DNA of 57,054 bases from contig WELA01001240.1 of the NCBI GenBank assembly GCA_009602735.1, positions 107,041-164,094 of the forward strand. Reading direction: 5' to 3'. The stretch is from Mesotaenium endlicherianum (lineage: Eukaryota). A program made the position numbers and the translations under genes. Of the stretch, positions 13,220-25,700 are shown in pieces; the stretch's first letter is position 1, and the number at the start of each line of letters is the position of its first letter. The notes beneath the pieces are model-generated. The model ran no database searches and was not told the DNA's origin. It saw nothing but the letters and a program-made list of their open reading frames with translations.

Positions 13220-16200
13220 CACGCCAGAACACAAGGACATGCGTAGGGAAGCACAACCATACCTGCAAGCGGCGCAAGATCGGCTTCTGCCACTTCTCCC
13301 TCTGCGCACCCCAACACACAGTGCAGGGGAGATGGAGACAGGCGCGGAGAACAAACTGCAATGAGCCTACAATCGACACCCTGCCAAGAGGTAGTTGGAT
13401 ACCCAAGCATGGCGGGGCGGTGGAGATCTTGCGCATGTACAAGACTGGTGCGTGCTTGTGATATTGCCTTTGCTGCTTTGGATTGAGGGAAGAGCCGGGG
13501 GGGGGGCGCCGNGAGAGGGGGGAGGGGGGGGGGAGAGGGGACGAGGGCGGACGTTGGAGCAAAAGTTTTTCTTGGAACACACACATGTATGACACGTGGT
13601 TGTGTCATTGTCCTTGCCAGCGGGGGGCCACCAATACACGCACACACAAACTCACAAACACAGGCGGGCATGCGCAGACACACACATGCTCACACAAGCA
13701 CAGACAGGCACGTACACAGATGCATGCACAAGCACGCACAAACACACGCAAGCAGACAAGCAACGTCGCGTGTATGCACACGCCATATGCGACATGCGAG
13801 TGAACGCAGGCACGCACGCACACACATGCACGCACGCTCACGCGCCTGCGTTGGTTTGAGAATAGCTATTCTGCTCCCAGAAGAGCGCACAGTAGGGTAT
13901 GATCCCTCCAACACATGTCCCTCTACGGTCCCAGCGTGCAGGGGAGTGGTCAAACAATGTCAACCGGAGGTCAACGGGCGGTCAAGGGGTTACCTTGAGC
14001 CGCCAGTAGTCGTACACGGCACCCACCACGGCCTGCCTCGACGCTTGCCCCCTGAGCGCCTGCAGAGTACCAGAGAGTAATGTGCACACGCAAAGATAAC
14101 ATTCATTATAATAAGATATCAAGCACACGTATATATATATAAAACATCTACGTGTAATCACACGTAAACAAGCATATTGCCTGCTCAAACGATTGCGTGT
14201 GTAAGCGGACATGTAGTTCCATACCTCTACACTATGTGCCAATCCACGTTTGACAAGAAGTAGGTATATGGCGTCAATATCATGAAGGACAACTCAGAGG
14301 GAAAGGGGCCTCCACTTGGGTGTGGTGGGAGGGGGCAGAGTGCTGCCCCTTAGAAACATCGAGACAGTGGGAGCTTGGATTGCGACACATGTCAGGGTGG
14401 ATGACATCTGTCCCTCAACACAGACACAGCAGCAGCCCCTCACATAACAAATTCCGCAGCTACACTTACTTCCTCGCCTCCCCCCTTTCGTCCCAGCAAT
14501 AACTCTCACATACACGGAGCACGCACGCGCGCACAGACACGCGCGCACACACACACACACACAGACACACAGACACACACACACACACACACACGCGTAC
14601 ACGTATGTGTGCGTGTGTAATATGTGCACACAGGCAGACACGCCCCATCCACTTTCTGACCAGGGCCATTCCTTTATGGCGGTGTAATGAGGGCAAACGA
14701 TGATGATGTTTCTTCCACACCCAGCTGCACATGCAAATATACAGAAAGAGACACACTTTCGGTGCTCTATCGATCACCGAATACTCAGAACAAGCGATCA
14801 CCTCAATGGCAGCCTCCTTAAGGAGGACCACGGGCACGGGGGTGCCGAGCACCGGGGGCGCGCCACCTGTCCGCTCCTTGGCCCGGCTGTCCAGCAGCTC
14901 CAGGTTGTACAGCATCCACTCCAGCCTGCACCCGCAGGAATGAATTTCGGCGCATTATCAGCCATTAATAATTAATCACTCAAAAATATTATGTTGATAG
15001 AGAGTACATGGCTCTGCTGTCCAGCAGCTCCAGGCTGCAATGCATCCACTCCAGCCTGCACCCGCAAGAAAGGGTTCCTGCACATTTTGTATTGTTCTGA
15101 TTCCTACTATTTGATACTTAAATATCAATACTCTAATACTAGTACTTAATACTAGAATATGGAAAGGCACCAGCTGACACGCACAACCTACCACCCCAAA
15201 GACCCAAGTAACCAAAAGAAGAAGAAAAAGAAAACTCTGCAAAAGACCAACGAGCAAGAATCACATGGAGACAATGCTGGGCCATACCATGTACGCACAA
15301 CACATCTTCTTGAAAACGTGTTGGTTTTTTTTCTCACACCTGATGGGCAAGGAGCCGCAAGAAGCTCGTTTGTCGGAGGCTACAAGTGGGACACATGTCA
15401 GGGCGGGGGGGGGGGGGGGNNNNNNNNNNNNNNNNNNNNNNNNNNNNNNNNNNNNNNNNNGGGGGGAGGGGGAGAGGGGGCATGGCCGGCTCATGACTGG
15501 GACGTGTGGAAACAGCGCGCAAGAGTGAGGGCTTCCTTTGTATGTGTATATATATACATATATATATAGATATGTATATATATGTATATATATACATATA
15601 TATATGTATATATAGGTATATATATGTGTATACATATATATATGTATATATATACATATATATATGTAAATATCTGTATGTAAATGCGTGCGTGCAAGTG
15701 TCCAGTAATCATACATATACACGGACCTCCTTATGTCTGTATTAAGCATGTTCACACTTAAATGCGTGTACATACTTTGAAATACTTCAAACATTATCGT
15801 ATCACACACATATACACATTCTTCCACGTGGTTCAAAATAGCAGCTGATGCGTTAGACCTATTTCTCCACATGTATATCTTTCATCCAAAGGGGGGGCAA
15901 ACGCACTTCTCTGGCGAGAGGAGCTTGCGCTCGCTGTTGAAGGTGAGGAGCCAGTCGTCGTCCTCGTCGTCCAGGTCGTACTCCACAAACTCCTCCGTCT
16001 CCGACCGCGCTGCAAACCCGCGCACGCATTCACGCACCCGTGCACGCACGCACGCACGCACGGCGCCACGTAGCACGTTGCCCCGGCCCAGGCAGCCAGG
16101 CAAGCAAGCCGGCAACGAGTATCCATGCCATCAGTACACGACCAAACAAGCACTCATCTAGCGGACAGCGGACAGCGGACAGCCGGCCATTTACTGGAAC

Positions 16201-18113
16201 AGGAGAAACGGTACAGGCTGCAATTGACACGGACGAGAAGGGGGCGTGCCTTCGTCGAGACTTGAGAACCGACACCACCGACGCAGAGACGGGCAGTCCA
16301 AAGAAAGAGAGCGACGACTACAACCGGAAGCTTGCCTCGCCCCCCTCTGCCCTCTGCCTTGAAAAGGCAGGGAAGGGGCGGAGTATGCCAACACTGGCTC
16401 AGTCGCGTAGGAGGTGAAGGAGGTGGAGGAGGTGAACTTTTCTTGCCAGAAAGCACTGCACGGCTGCGATTGCTGCACCCACACTTTGGGTTATCACTAG
16501 CCAAGAAACACACTGAACACATGTTACTAGAGCCCGGTCAGTCAGTCGGTCAGCATACAAAAAAAAAAAAAAACTGGAGCCCCCCGGTCGGACCCACGAG
16601 GATAGAATGACGAGAAGATCCTTTGCGATAATACAGAATTCAATAATAAAAAGCGTTGGACACACCCACACACACAGTAAAGACTCACACGCGCACGCAC
16701 ACCCACACACGGAGGCGCGCACGCGTGCACGCGTTCACACGCACAAACACGCACACAGAGAGAGAGGGAAGGGACATGCAGGCCGAGAGGAGGGTCTGCT
16801 CTCACCTGGCTTACTCCGCACATAGGACGACGGCTGTCGAAACGTCGCCAGGTAGTCCCTCGTGTACGACTCGACGACCTCATAGTGGGGGGTGGGGATT
16901 TCGCTCCCGCCTCCTTTCCTCGCTGGGGCAGGTAGAACCTGCACCAGGGAAGGACAGAATCAAAGGCATTTTATCGGACGTGTCAAAGCTGAAAGATTCA
17001 CTTTCAACAAAAACGACAGGCAAACGAAGGACAGCTGGCAGAGGGCCAATCTGCAAAGAGCTGCATGCAATGCACATAACCAGTTCATGTGCAGCACAAA
17101 CACAGGCTATAAGTAGAGCTGTCATTCTGACTGGGACCTGAGTACATGTATTTAATCATGTGAGTACTTCACATGAAACGAAGACATAAAGTAAACTAGT
17201 CGGGTTTGTGCACATATGGGTACCAGGCACCAGACTGGGTCGCAGATCACACCCTAAGCCGCCAGTGCAGCTGCAGGAAAATAAGCTGAGACAGAAAGAG
17301 ACAGCACGTGTATGGAGCACGTGCGCGCTCTCGTACTGGCGCTCTTCTCTGGCGACAAACAGAAGCTAAGAAGAAGCTGCCACTTGAAGTTATGGAAAAA
17401 ACAAAGGGTATGCTACAACAAGAGCAGCTGTTGCAGACCACAATTCAGTTTTTTTTTCTTTTTGTAAATCACAAAACAGGCAAGGCAGATAACCCTAGGC
17501 GCAACCTCGAATGAGAAGGATGGTACTATGCCAGCGCAGAAGATAACGACGATAACAAGAGAAGTATATGAGCACAACTTCAAATGTGTCACTAGCTCTT
17601 TACTGTGACATGGCACACAGAAAGGGAGACAGGCAGTCACATCATCATCTTAGCAACTCGCACCTGCGTAACTGACCCATCCAGCTGTCTGAGAGCCACT
17701 CGTTAACATAAAAAATGATGGCGAAGCAACAAGCAACCTTGCCCTCTTTATTGCACGCAGGGACGGGAAGGCTAGCGGACATAGAGACCATGAGCTAAGT
17801 ACTTAAACCCCGAACCTTTTGACATGACTATGATTGACACACATGCTTTCATGAGTGCCAGAAGAAGTGATGACAACTCCTGACATGCTGCATTCAATGA
17901 AAAATAAAGGATGACATCGCTCGACACAGATAGTAACAAAAATACAGCGTCGAGATCATCTACCTCTTCATTTTCAGCATCTAGGGCAATGTGGTTATGC
18001 TGGACACTCCTGTTCACGCCAGCCTCTTCAGCATCAAGCTCTTTGACAGAACGGACAATGGGAAGCTTCTTGTGGATGTCGAGCGGACGGGGCCTGAACG
18101 ACAGCCTGCTCAT
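5756..18113 (-). CDS. EPL1: Enhancer of Polycomb-like protein (NuA4/Piccolo subunit), 12 exons, ~705 aa
   Basis: Hand-spliced GT-AG exons with consistent phase: 18113-17964, 16938-16806, 16009-15907, 14925-14802, 14059-13994, 13301-13263, 12768-12688, 12066-12019, 11238-11188, 10034-9966, 8410-8036, 6634-5756. Motifs: [87 protein letters not shown]. The last two exon boundaries are less certain, and the gap at 7623-7953 could hide sequence. Confidence 0.92.
13147..13217. repeat. Compound (GT)n(GA)n microsatellite in an EPL1 intron
   Basis: Directly visible. Similar arrays occur at ~6653-6705, 14545-14595, 36570-36632, 36863-36932, 37946-38016 and 39514-39545. Confidence 0.95.
15540..15680. 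repeat. Degenerate (AT)n microsatellite in an EPL1 intron
   Basis: A tatatatacatatata-type tract is directly visible. Confidence 0.9.
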
Positions 18114-19760
18114 TGTCCGCTCCTTCACTGGCAAAGGCAGCTTAAGAGTGAGACTCATGCAAGAAATGCTTGACTTCTCGTTCCTACATATGATTGTCGA
18201 TACCTTTCGCAAAAGGCTTAACACTTCTTACGACTTGAGAGACGCGACATTCTGCATCTAAGCGAGTGTGTAAGTCAATAACATGCACACATGGGAGCCA
18301 TAGCCATGGCTGAAATCCTGTAGGTACATTGGGTAGGGTTTCTCGCGAATTAGCACAGAAAGGGGGGGGAAGAGGAGGAACACAACACGGGGCGGGGTCA
18401 ACGCTCGATAACGACGAGTTTGCGACCAGCTGCGAGAATGCCACAAGCAAAGCAAAATTTCAAATACAAATATTTGTCGAAGTATGCCTTGTAGATGTCA
18501 CGATCGGGAGTCGCTAAAAGCTTAGAAACGACGACCTAACATGAAGATAATACAGAAATTTCTTACGACGACATTCATGTTGCTGGACTTGAGAACCGAT
18601 CGGTTGATTGGTTAACGTGCGCTTATTTGTGTACTGAGTAGCCACCGGGTTACAGGGGAGCTTAAGTAGGAGCAATAAGATACCACATTTCCCTAATTTG
18701 AATCTGAGAATTTCAATCTATTTTTTTGAAAATGAACCATACAATTTGTGAACCCCATGGTATGTCTGTACATGAATGATTGAAGCTGGTGTCTACATGT
18801 TGAACTGGTCAGTGTAATACGAAGTAGCCATTCTTTGATATCATTCGTGGGGGTCAGAACTTCATAACCTCAATTGTTATCCTTGATACTGAAACCATCT
18901 CCAGGGCACAGTTTTAGTTTCTTACATACATCTGAAATGTCGCGCCTCTTGGATGAAAAGAAATGACCTAATAATATTCTATTGTCGACTTAAATCATAT
19001 GGCATGAAAAAAGCATCAAGTTGAGAAACAGACATCAACTACACATACAACAACTTCCAAGAAATCAAAGCAGATAGAATGTTCACACTTCTTAAGAAGT
19101 TCTTCGTTTGCACCCTTTCCAACCAAGTTCGACAAGCCCTTGAGTTGCATCATACCTACCCATGCATCTAGTAGTTGATCTACGAATGTCAAACCTAGAC
19201 TATGAATCTCTACCTGATTCTAGCGCTACATCTCCCATACTCTTGCTGAAAGTTCAACCACACAAGGAGGTAGACATAAGCAAGCGGTCGCCCCAACCCC
19301 CCCGATACCAAACTACAAAATACAAGAGCTCGGAGAGGCAGCTCGCGCTCCTCACTCGACATCTTGCTTTATTTCTTGTAACTTCCTTTCGGAGGAAGCG
19401 TCATGAGAGAGCTCTTGCATCTAAAAGCATGCGCAACACGACAAGAAAATGCTTCCCCCACCCCCCTCCCCTCTGCACCTCATAATAGAAAGAAATCAGA
19501 TGCTCCCCTTCCACAAGAACGCTTTGCCCTCCCCGTTACAAACGCCCCTCCAACCGTCCTCTCTCATCAAGTCGAGTCGGGCAAAACAGTCCACCTTTGA
19601 CCCAACAGGTCCGCGCCCCTCCATTTCAAGAGCGCCGGCCGCGAGGCCCACGGCCCCGGCCGTCCCCAGCCGCAAAACTCCAACTCGTAGGCACACCTTT
19701 CGTGCTCGAATCACAAGCGAGCGCCGAGAACGCCTTTCGCGCGCTCGGTCGGACCCGCGC

Positions 19761-22700
19761 TCACTTCTTGCTGCGGAAGCTCTCGCGGAGGGAGGAGAAC
19801 TTGCGCATGCACTGCGCCTTAGTCTTGCCCGGCACCGCTGCGCATATCCTCTCCCACCTGCACAGAGATGCGAGCAAGTCGGGACGGAAGCAGGGTCCAG
19901 GTGGCAGCCACACGGTGAGAGGCAGTGGCGGCAGGGTCTTTCCACTCCCCCTCTGATTGCACGTTGTCTCCTGCTCTAATTGCCGGCTCCAAGAGTGTAC
20001 AGATGGGGATCGCTCGCGTGTGCTTACACAACGTCGGCAGTCAGCACATGACACGCGCGACCACAACTGTACGAACGACACTCACATTCCTACGATGACG
20101 CGGACCAACTAAAGGTCTGCTACAGCAGGTAGTTTGAATGGCGGGGGGCAGCGGGTGACAGCGGTCGGCAACAGGACACGAAGGGAGTTAGGGGCTGACA
20201 GGCAGACGGAGTAGGCGAGACAGGGGTGCCCATCACAAGAGAACATCTATTCAGGGCTCAGTCTAAAACCAGGGCCCGCATCTCCCATGTCTGACACGTT
20301 CATCACTCTGCGCATGCAACTGTGTGATCGTCTCATCTGTGCTTTGGCACGGCGGGGCTAGGGGCTAGGGGACTAGGGATAGGGCTAAGGCTGTGGCGCT
20401 AGAGAGCTAGGCCTAGAGCTGGAGCTAGGGCTAAGGCGGGCTAGGGCTAAGGGGGCTAGGGCTGAGACAACGCACCTCTTGTCAGTGTCCTTGGGGAAGG
20501 CTTTGAGCGCGCGCACGAGTGCCACCTCCTGCGCCTCCGACCACGCCTCCCCGTCACTGCCCTCGCCTCCATTCTCCTTTGCTGCTGCGGAGGTGGTCGA
20601 ATCCTCCCCGCCCGCACCGGCTGCGGCATCATCAGCTGCTGCGCTCTCGGGCTGCGTCGAATCCCCCTCGCCCGCAGGGGTGGTGGGGGCTTTTGCCTTG
20701 GCCTTGCTGGCGCCCTGCAGCGCCGCCTTTGACTTGGCTGCTGCTGCTGATGACTTGGCATCTTCTCCTCCTGCTGCCGCCTGCTTGCCGTTGGCTGCCG
20801 GGGCCTTGCCAGATGGGGCCCCGTTGGCCTGTGGAGGGGCCTCCTCCGCAGACGTGGACGGATCGGGAAGCGACACGTCGTCGGCACCCTCCTCCCTGGC
20901 TGTCAGGGGCGAGGCGATGTCCTTGGGGCTCTTTCGCTTCTGCACATTTGTATAAAATAATTCAACAACAAAAAAAAGGTACAGACACCAGATCAATATA
21001 TCAATATACCTCACAAGCTCGCATAGGGCCAGGGCAGCGCAGGCAAGGTGACGCTAGCCGACAAGAGAAGGGATTCAAAGATGTCGGCAAGTGAAACGAA
21101 AGTGGAAGTAGTAGAGTCTCAAACAACCCCGTGTAGCACGCCCTTGATACAATACAGAACAAATATCTTAAAATATAATAAATTCGGGGGCAGGCAGGCA
21201 GTGAGCCAGCACGACCATGACTGCCCTCTCCCTGGCGATGCGCACGCACGTCGCATGTATATGCAGGCGCCGCTTTCAGAAGTTGCTCCAACGCTCACGG
21301 TGCTCACGCCACACAACAGCAGCCACGCGTCTTGGTCTAAAAACCGCCCTCACCCTCACTCTCCTCTCTCCTTTCACGGCTATCCCCACACTGGAGTTTG
21401 TGGTGGAGATTACTCTGCCCCTGCCTATAAAGGCTCGTGCATCTGCTCAACGGACCGCTCACAGCAAAAAGCAGAGAGCGCGCGACACACACCCTCCTCT
21501 ACAAGACTGAGACGTTACTTTTCTGTGGGCCCTCTGTCTCAGGCTTCAGCCCCTACTCTCCTTCTCCCCCCCNNNNNNNNNNNNNNNNNNNNNNNNNNNN
21601 NNNNNNNNNNNNNNNNNNNNNNNNNNNNNNNNNNNNNNNNNNNNNNNNNNNNNNNNNNNNNNNNNNNNNNNNNNNNNNNNNNNNNNNNNNNNNNNNNNNN
21701 NNNNNNNNNNNNNNNNNNNNNNNNNNNNNNNNNNNNNNNNNNNNNNNNNNNNNNNNNNNNNNNNNNNNNNNNNNNNNNNNNNNNNNNNNNNNNNNNNNNN
21801 NNNNNNNNNNNNNNNNNNNNNNNNNNNNCCCACCCGACAGCCGGGCTGTCCTCCCCCCGTCAAATTTCCCCTCTTCCCAAGAAATGTGTATTGCCGCAAA
21901 TCTCCCACTCCTCCTCCACATCCTTTCCCCCTTACCCCTGTACCCCCTCCACCACCCCGGTGCTCCCTCAAAATCCATTTGCACTCTCCCTAAGACAAAC
22001 AGTGCCTGCCTCGGGTCATCATGTGCCAGCTGGCAGCAACAGCAGCAGCAGCAGGTTCCGGGATTAAGATTGTGTAGGACTAGGAAAATAAGGGGCTGGC
22101 TCCGGTCTCTGCTGGGGGAGAGCTCGCTCTTCCCAGAGAGAGAAAGACACCAGCCGCAGCCTGGCAGCAGCTGTCTGCAGCCAGCCAAGGCAGGTGGTGC
22201 GAGGCCGAGAACACGCGCCCAGGGAGGGGGGGAGAGAGGGANGCCAGCCAGCCAGCCTGGCAGGACGAGCGAGGCGGGATTCAGAGGCTAGGCGGGGGGG
22301 GTGCATATGAGGAATGTGACCGACCTTCTCCTTGCAAACAACACGCGAGTATTACGCTCTACACTTACGAGCTTGTGCTTACAAAAAGGTTAGAAAGTAC
22401 ATACATCAGATACAGACATCTGCTGTTACATACAAGCGTATGATGACATCACTAGGAGCACGACAAGCATGCATCCGCTTTCCAAGCTTGTGTGCATCCA
22501 TGCGCGTGCGCACTACCATGCTCAGTCGTGCACAGGCTGACACACAAGCACATGCTCTTTCTTTCAAGCTCCTACGGGTATATGACCTTACAAAGGGAGC
22601 TGACTTTCTGAAGTCCCAAATCCTCGAGCACGACAAAGCACACCTACCCGTCTCCTTCCTCTCCATTCCGCTCCCCTTTCCTCCCCCTCCTCCTCCCTTT

Positions 22701-25700
22701 CCCACCTCCTCCTCCCTCTCCCCCCCACCCCTTAGGCAACAGCACGCTCTCCCCCTGCCTCTCCCTCTCCCCCTTTCGGCTCTTGCATGCCTTCGCCCTC
22801 TCCCTCTCCCTCTCCCTCTCCCTTTTTAGGTATCCCCTTCCTTTCGTCCTTCCCCTCCCCTTGCATGCTCCCTTCCCTTGCATGCTCCCTCCCCNNNNNN
22901 NNNNNNNNNNNNNNNNNNNNNNNNNNNNNNNNNNNNNNNNNNNNNNNNNNNNNNNNNNNNNNNNNNNNNNNNNNNNNNNNNNNNNNNNNNNNNNNNNNNN
23001 NNNNNNNNNNNNNNNNNNNNNNNNNNNNNNNNNNNNNNNNNNNNNNNNNNNNNNNNNNNNNNNNNNNNNNNNNNNNNNNNNNNNNNNNNNNNNNNNNNNN
23101 NNNNNNNNNNNNNNNNNNNNNNNNNNNNNNNNNNNNNNNNNNNNNNNNNNNNNNNNNNNNNNNNNNNNNNNNNNNNNNNNNNNNNNNNNNNNNNNNNNNN
23201 NNNNNNNNNNNNNNNNNNNNNNNNNNNNNNNNNNNNNNNNNNNNNNNNNNNNNNNNNNNNNNNNNNNNNNNNNNNNNNNNNNNNNNNNNNNNNNNNNNNN
23301 NNNNNNNNNNNNNNNNNNNNNNNNNNNNNNNNNNNNNNNNNNNNNNNNNNNNNNNNNNNNNNNNNNNNNNNNNNNNNNNNNNNNNNNNNNNNNNNNNNNN
23401 NNNNNNNNNNNNNNNNNNNNNNNNNNNNNNNNNNNNNNNNNNNNNNNNNNNNNNNNNNNNNNNNNNNNNNNNNNNNNNNNNNNNNNNNNNNNNNNNNNNN
23501 NNNNNNNNNNNNNNNNNNNNNNNNNNNNNNNNNNNNNNNNNNNNNNNNNNNNNNNNNNNNNNNNNNNNNNNNNNNNNNNNNNNNNNNNNNNNNNNNNNNN
23601 NNNNNNNNNNNNNNNNNNNNNNNNNNNNNNNNNNNNNNNNNNNNNNNNNNNNNNNNNNNNNNNNNNNNNNNNNNNNNNNNNNNNNNNNNNNNNNNCGCCG
23701 GCGACGTTGGCGGCCGCCAGCTGGCGCAGGCGCGCGCGCTCCTTGCGCACCAGCTTCTTGTCCTTCTCGCGCTGCTTGCGCTGCGCCGCCGCCGCCTCCG
23801 CCGCGCGCTTGTCCGCCTCCTCCTTGCGCACGCGCTCCTCCTCCGCCGCGCGCTTGCCCTCCTCCTCCGCGTCGCGCTTGGCCCGCTGCTTCTCCTCCTT
23901 CTTGCGCACCTTCTCGCGCTTCTCCTCCTCCTTGCGCCGCGCGATGCGCGGGTCGCGCCGCCACGCGTTCTCCACCAGCAGCCGGATGCGTGCGTTCTCC
24001 TCCTTCTTCGCCTGCCGGGCCGCTCCGCACGCACACACGCACACGCACACGCACGCGACCCACGCACAGGCACAGGCACACGCAGATGCAGAAGCAGACG
24101 CACGACGAGTTCAGATTTGCCTCCCACGTCGGCTCGCTTGGTCGCTCTTTGCCTGACTAATTGCCACCGCACCCTTACATGCCAACACAGTTGTAAACAC
24201 ACTCCATACTCATACTCGTGGCCTCAACGTTCACGCTTACAGTCCCCTTCCGTTCGGCAAAGGAGTTGCAGCGTGCTCAATGCTCTCCACACTCCTGTCA
24301 GCCTACGTGCGACTGCACCACGGCCAAAACGCCTGAGACGCATGAAGCGCGCGGCAAACAACAAGCACACTTTGCCGTTCTCACACCAACACTGCCGCAT
24401 GGAATGAGCCGATGGATGACAGCAGGAGTAGTAGCGCGGCAAGCTCATCGGAGGCTGGCTTTCCAAGCATCCCAGAAACCTTCTCTAGGTAAAATCTGGC
24501 CGTTCGCATCGCTCTATCCCACATATAGAGAATATGATTGCGCAAGATCGTGCATCAATATATAACGAGCCGTTGGACTTTATAGAACTATGTGTTGCCC
24601 CACCATTAAAACTACTCGTGCTCACTTCACACACACACAAAAGCTTTGCTCCGCATGCGCGTTCGAGTCTCCCGACGTTACTGAAGTGAGCGACCCGGGT
24701 CCCACGTCCCCCGCGCATAGCGCACACAAGAATATTGCCCGCGCGCACAAGCGCACACAAGAGGATTGTCCGCGCGCACACCGCAGCGCACACAAGAGAG
24801 AACAGCCCCCCGCCGGCATCTGGGTCCTAGTCCCACTCTGCTCTCGAGAGCAACGACACAACGACGGCATGCACCTTCTCGCGCAGCTTGGAGTTCTGGC
24901 GCTCCATCCAGCGCTTGTGCTCGCGGCTCTCCGCGGAATCGATGTCAAACTCGTCCTCGTTGGGGAACTCGCGCCACGACTTGAAGCCCCACCAGAAGTC
25001 GTAGAATTTGTCCACCTCCTCCATGCCCGACGCGTCGTCGCCCAGCATCAGCGCCGGCTGGATCGTCGACCACCTGCCGCGCCGCTCGCGCCCCCACGAC
25101 ACGCCCACACGCATGCACGCACGCACGCCGCCGCGTCAGTGCAAGTGCCAACGCTAGCTCCAGCGCCAGCCCCAGCCCCGGCACGAGCATAAGCATCGCT
25201 GACAGTGTGCATGCGTGCATGCGCTCGAGCTGTCACAACAGAGACCATCCCGAGGGGCCTGCGCTTGACCGGCCAAAGTGGCTCACGCACAGGCACACAA
25301 TTCATGCACACGCATGCGCATGTCCCCAAGCAGGCCCACGCGTGCCCCTCCCCTTCTTTGAGTGGCATGGCCGACGAGTGTAGCATGCAATCACGAGAAC
25401 GAAACGTTGTCTTCCAACGGGCGGCTGGTTCGCCGACTCCGACAAGAGGGCTACCGGACACCGACACAGCGGGGGCCACGTGGCAATGGCGACGGCAACA
25501 TTTGCGTCGCAGAAACGCCCGGACGGAACGGAGCCGGACGGGGCAGGACGGGGCAGGGACGCACCTCCCGTTGCGCATGAAGACGGGGCCAAAGACCTTG
25601 AAGAAGTCCTCGGGCGCGCAATCGCCGCCCGGCACCTCGTCGTCGAACTCGTCCGTGGAGTCGTAGTTGCGGCGCTTGACGGGGTCCGTGAGCACCTCGT

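Noticed and set aside
22644..24407. Long ORFs of 450-530 aa spanning N runs (also 6890-8488, 21048-22291, 26363-27051)
   Set aside because: These are artefacts of translating assembly gaps as X. Only the embedded exons are real. The gaps are mostly flanked by poly-C/G, suggesting sequencing dropout.
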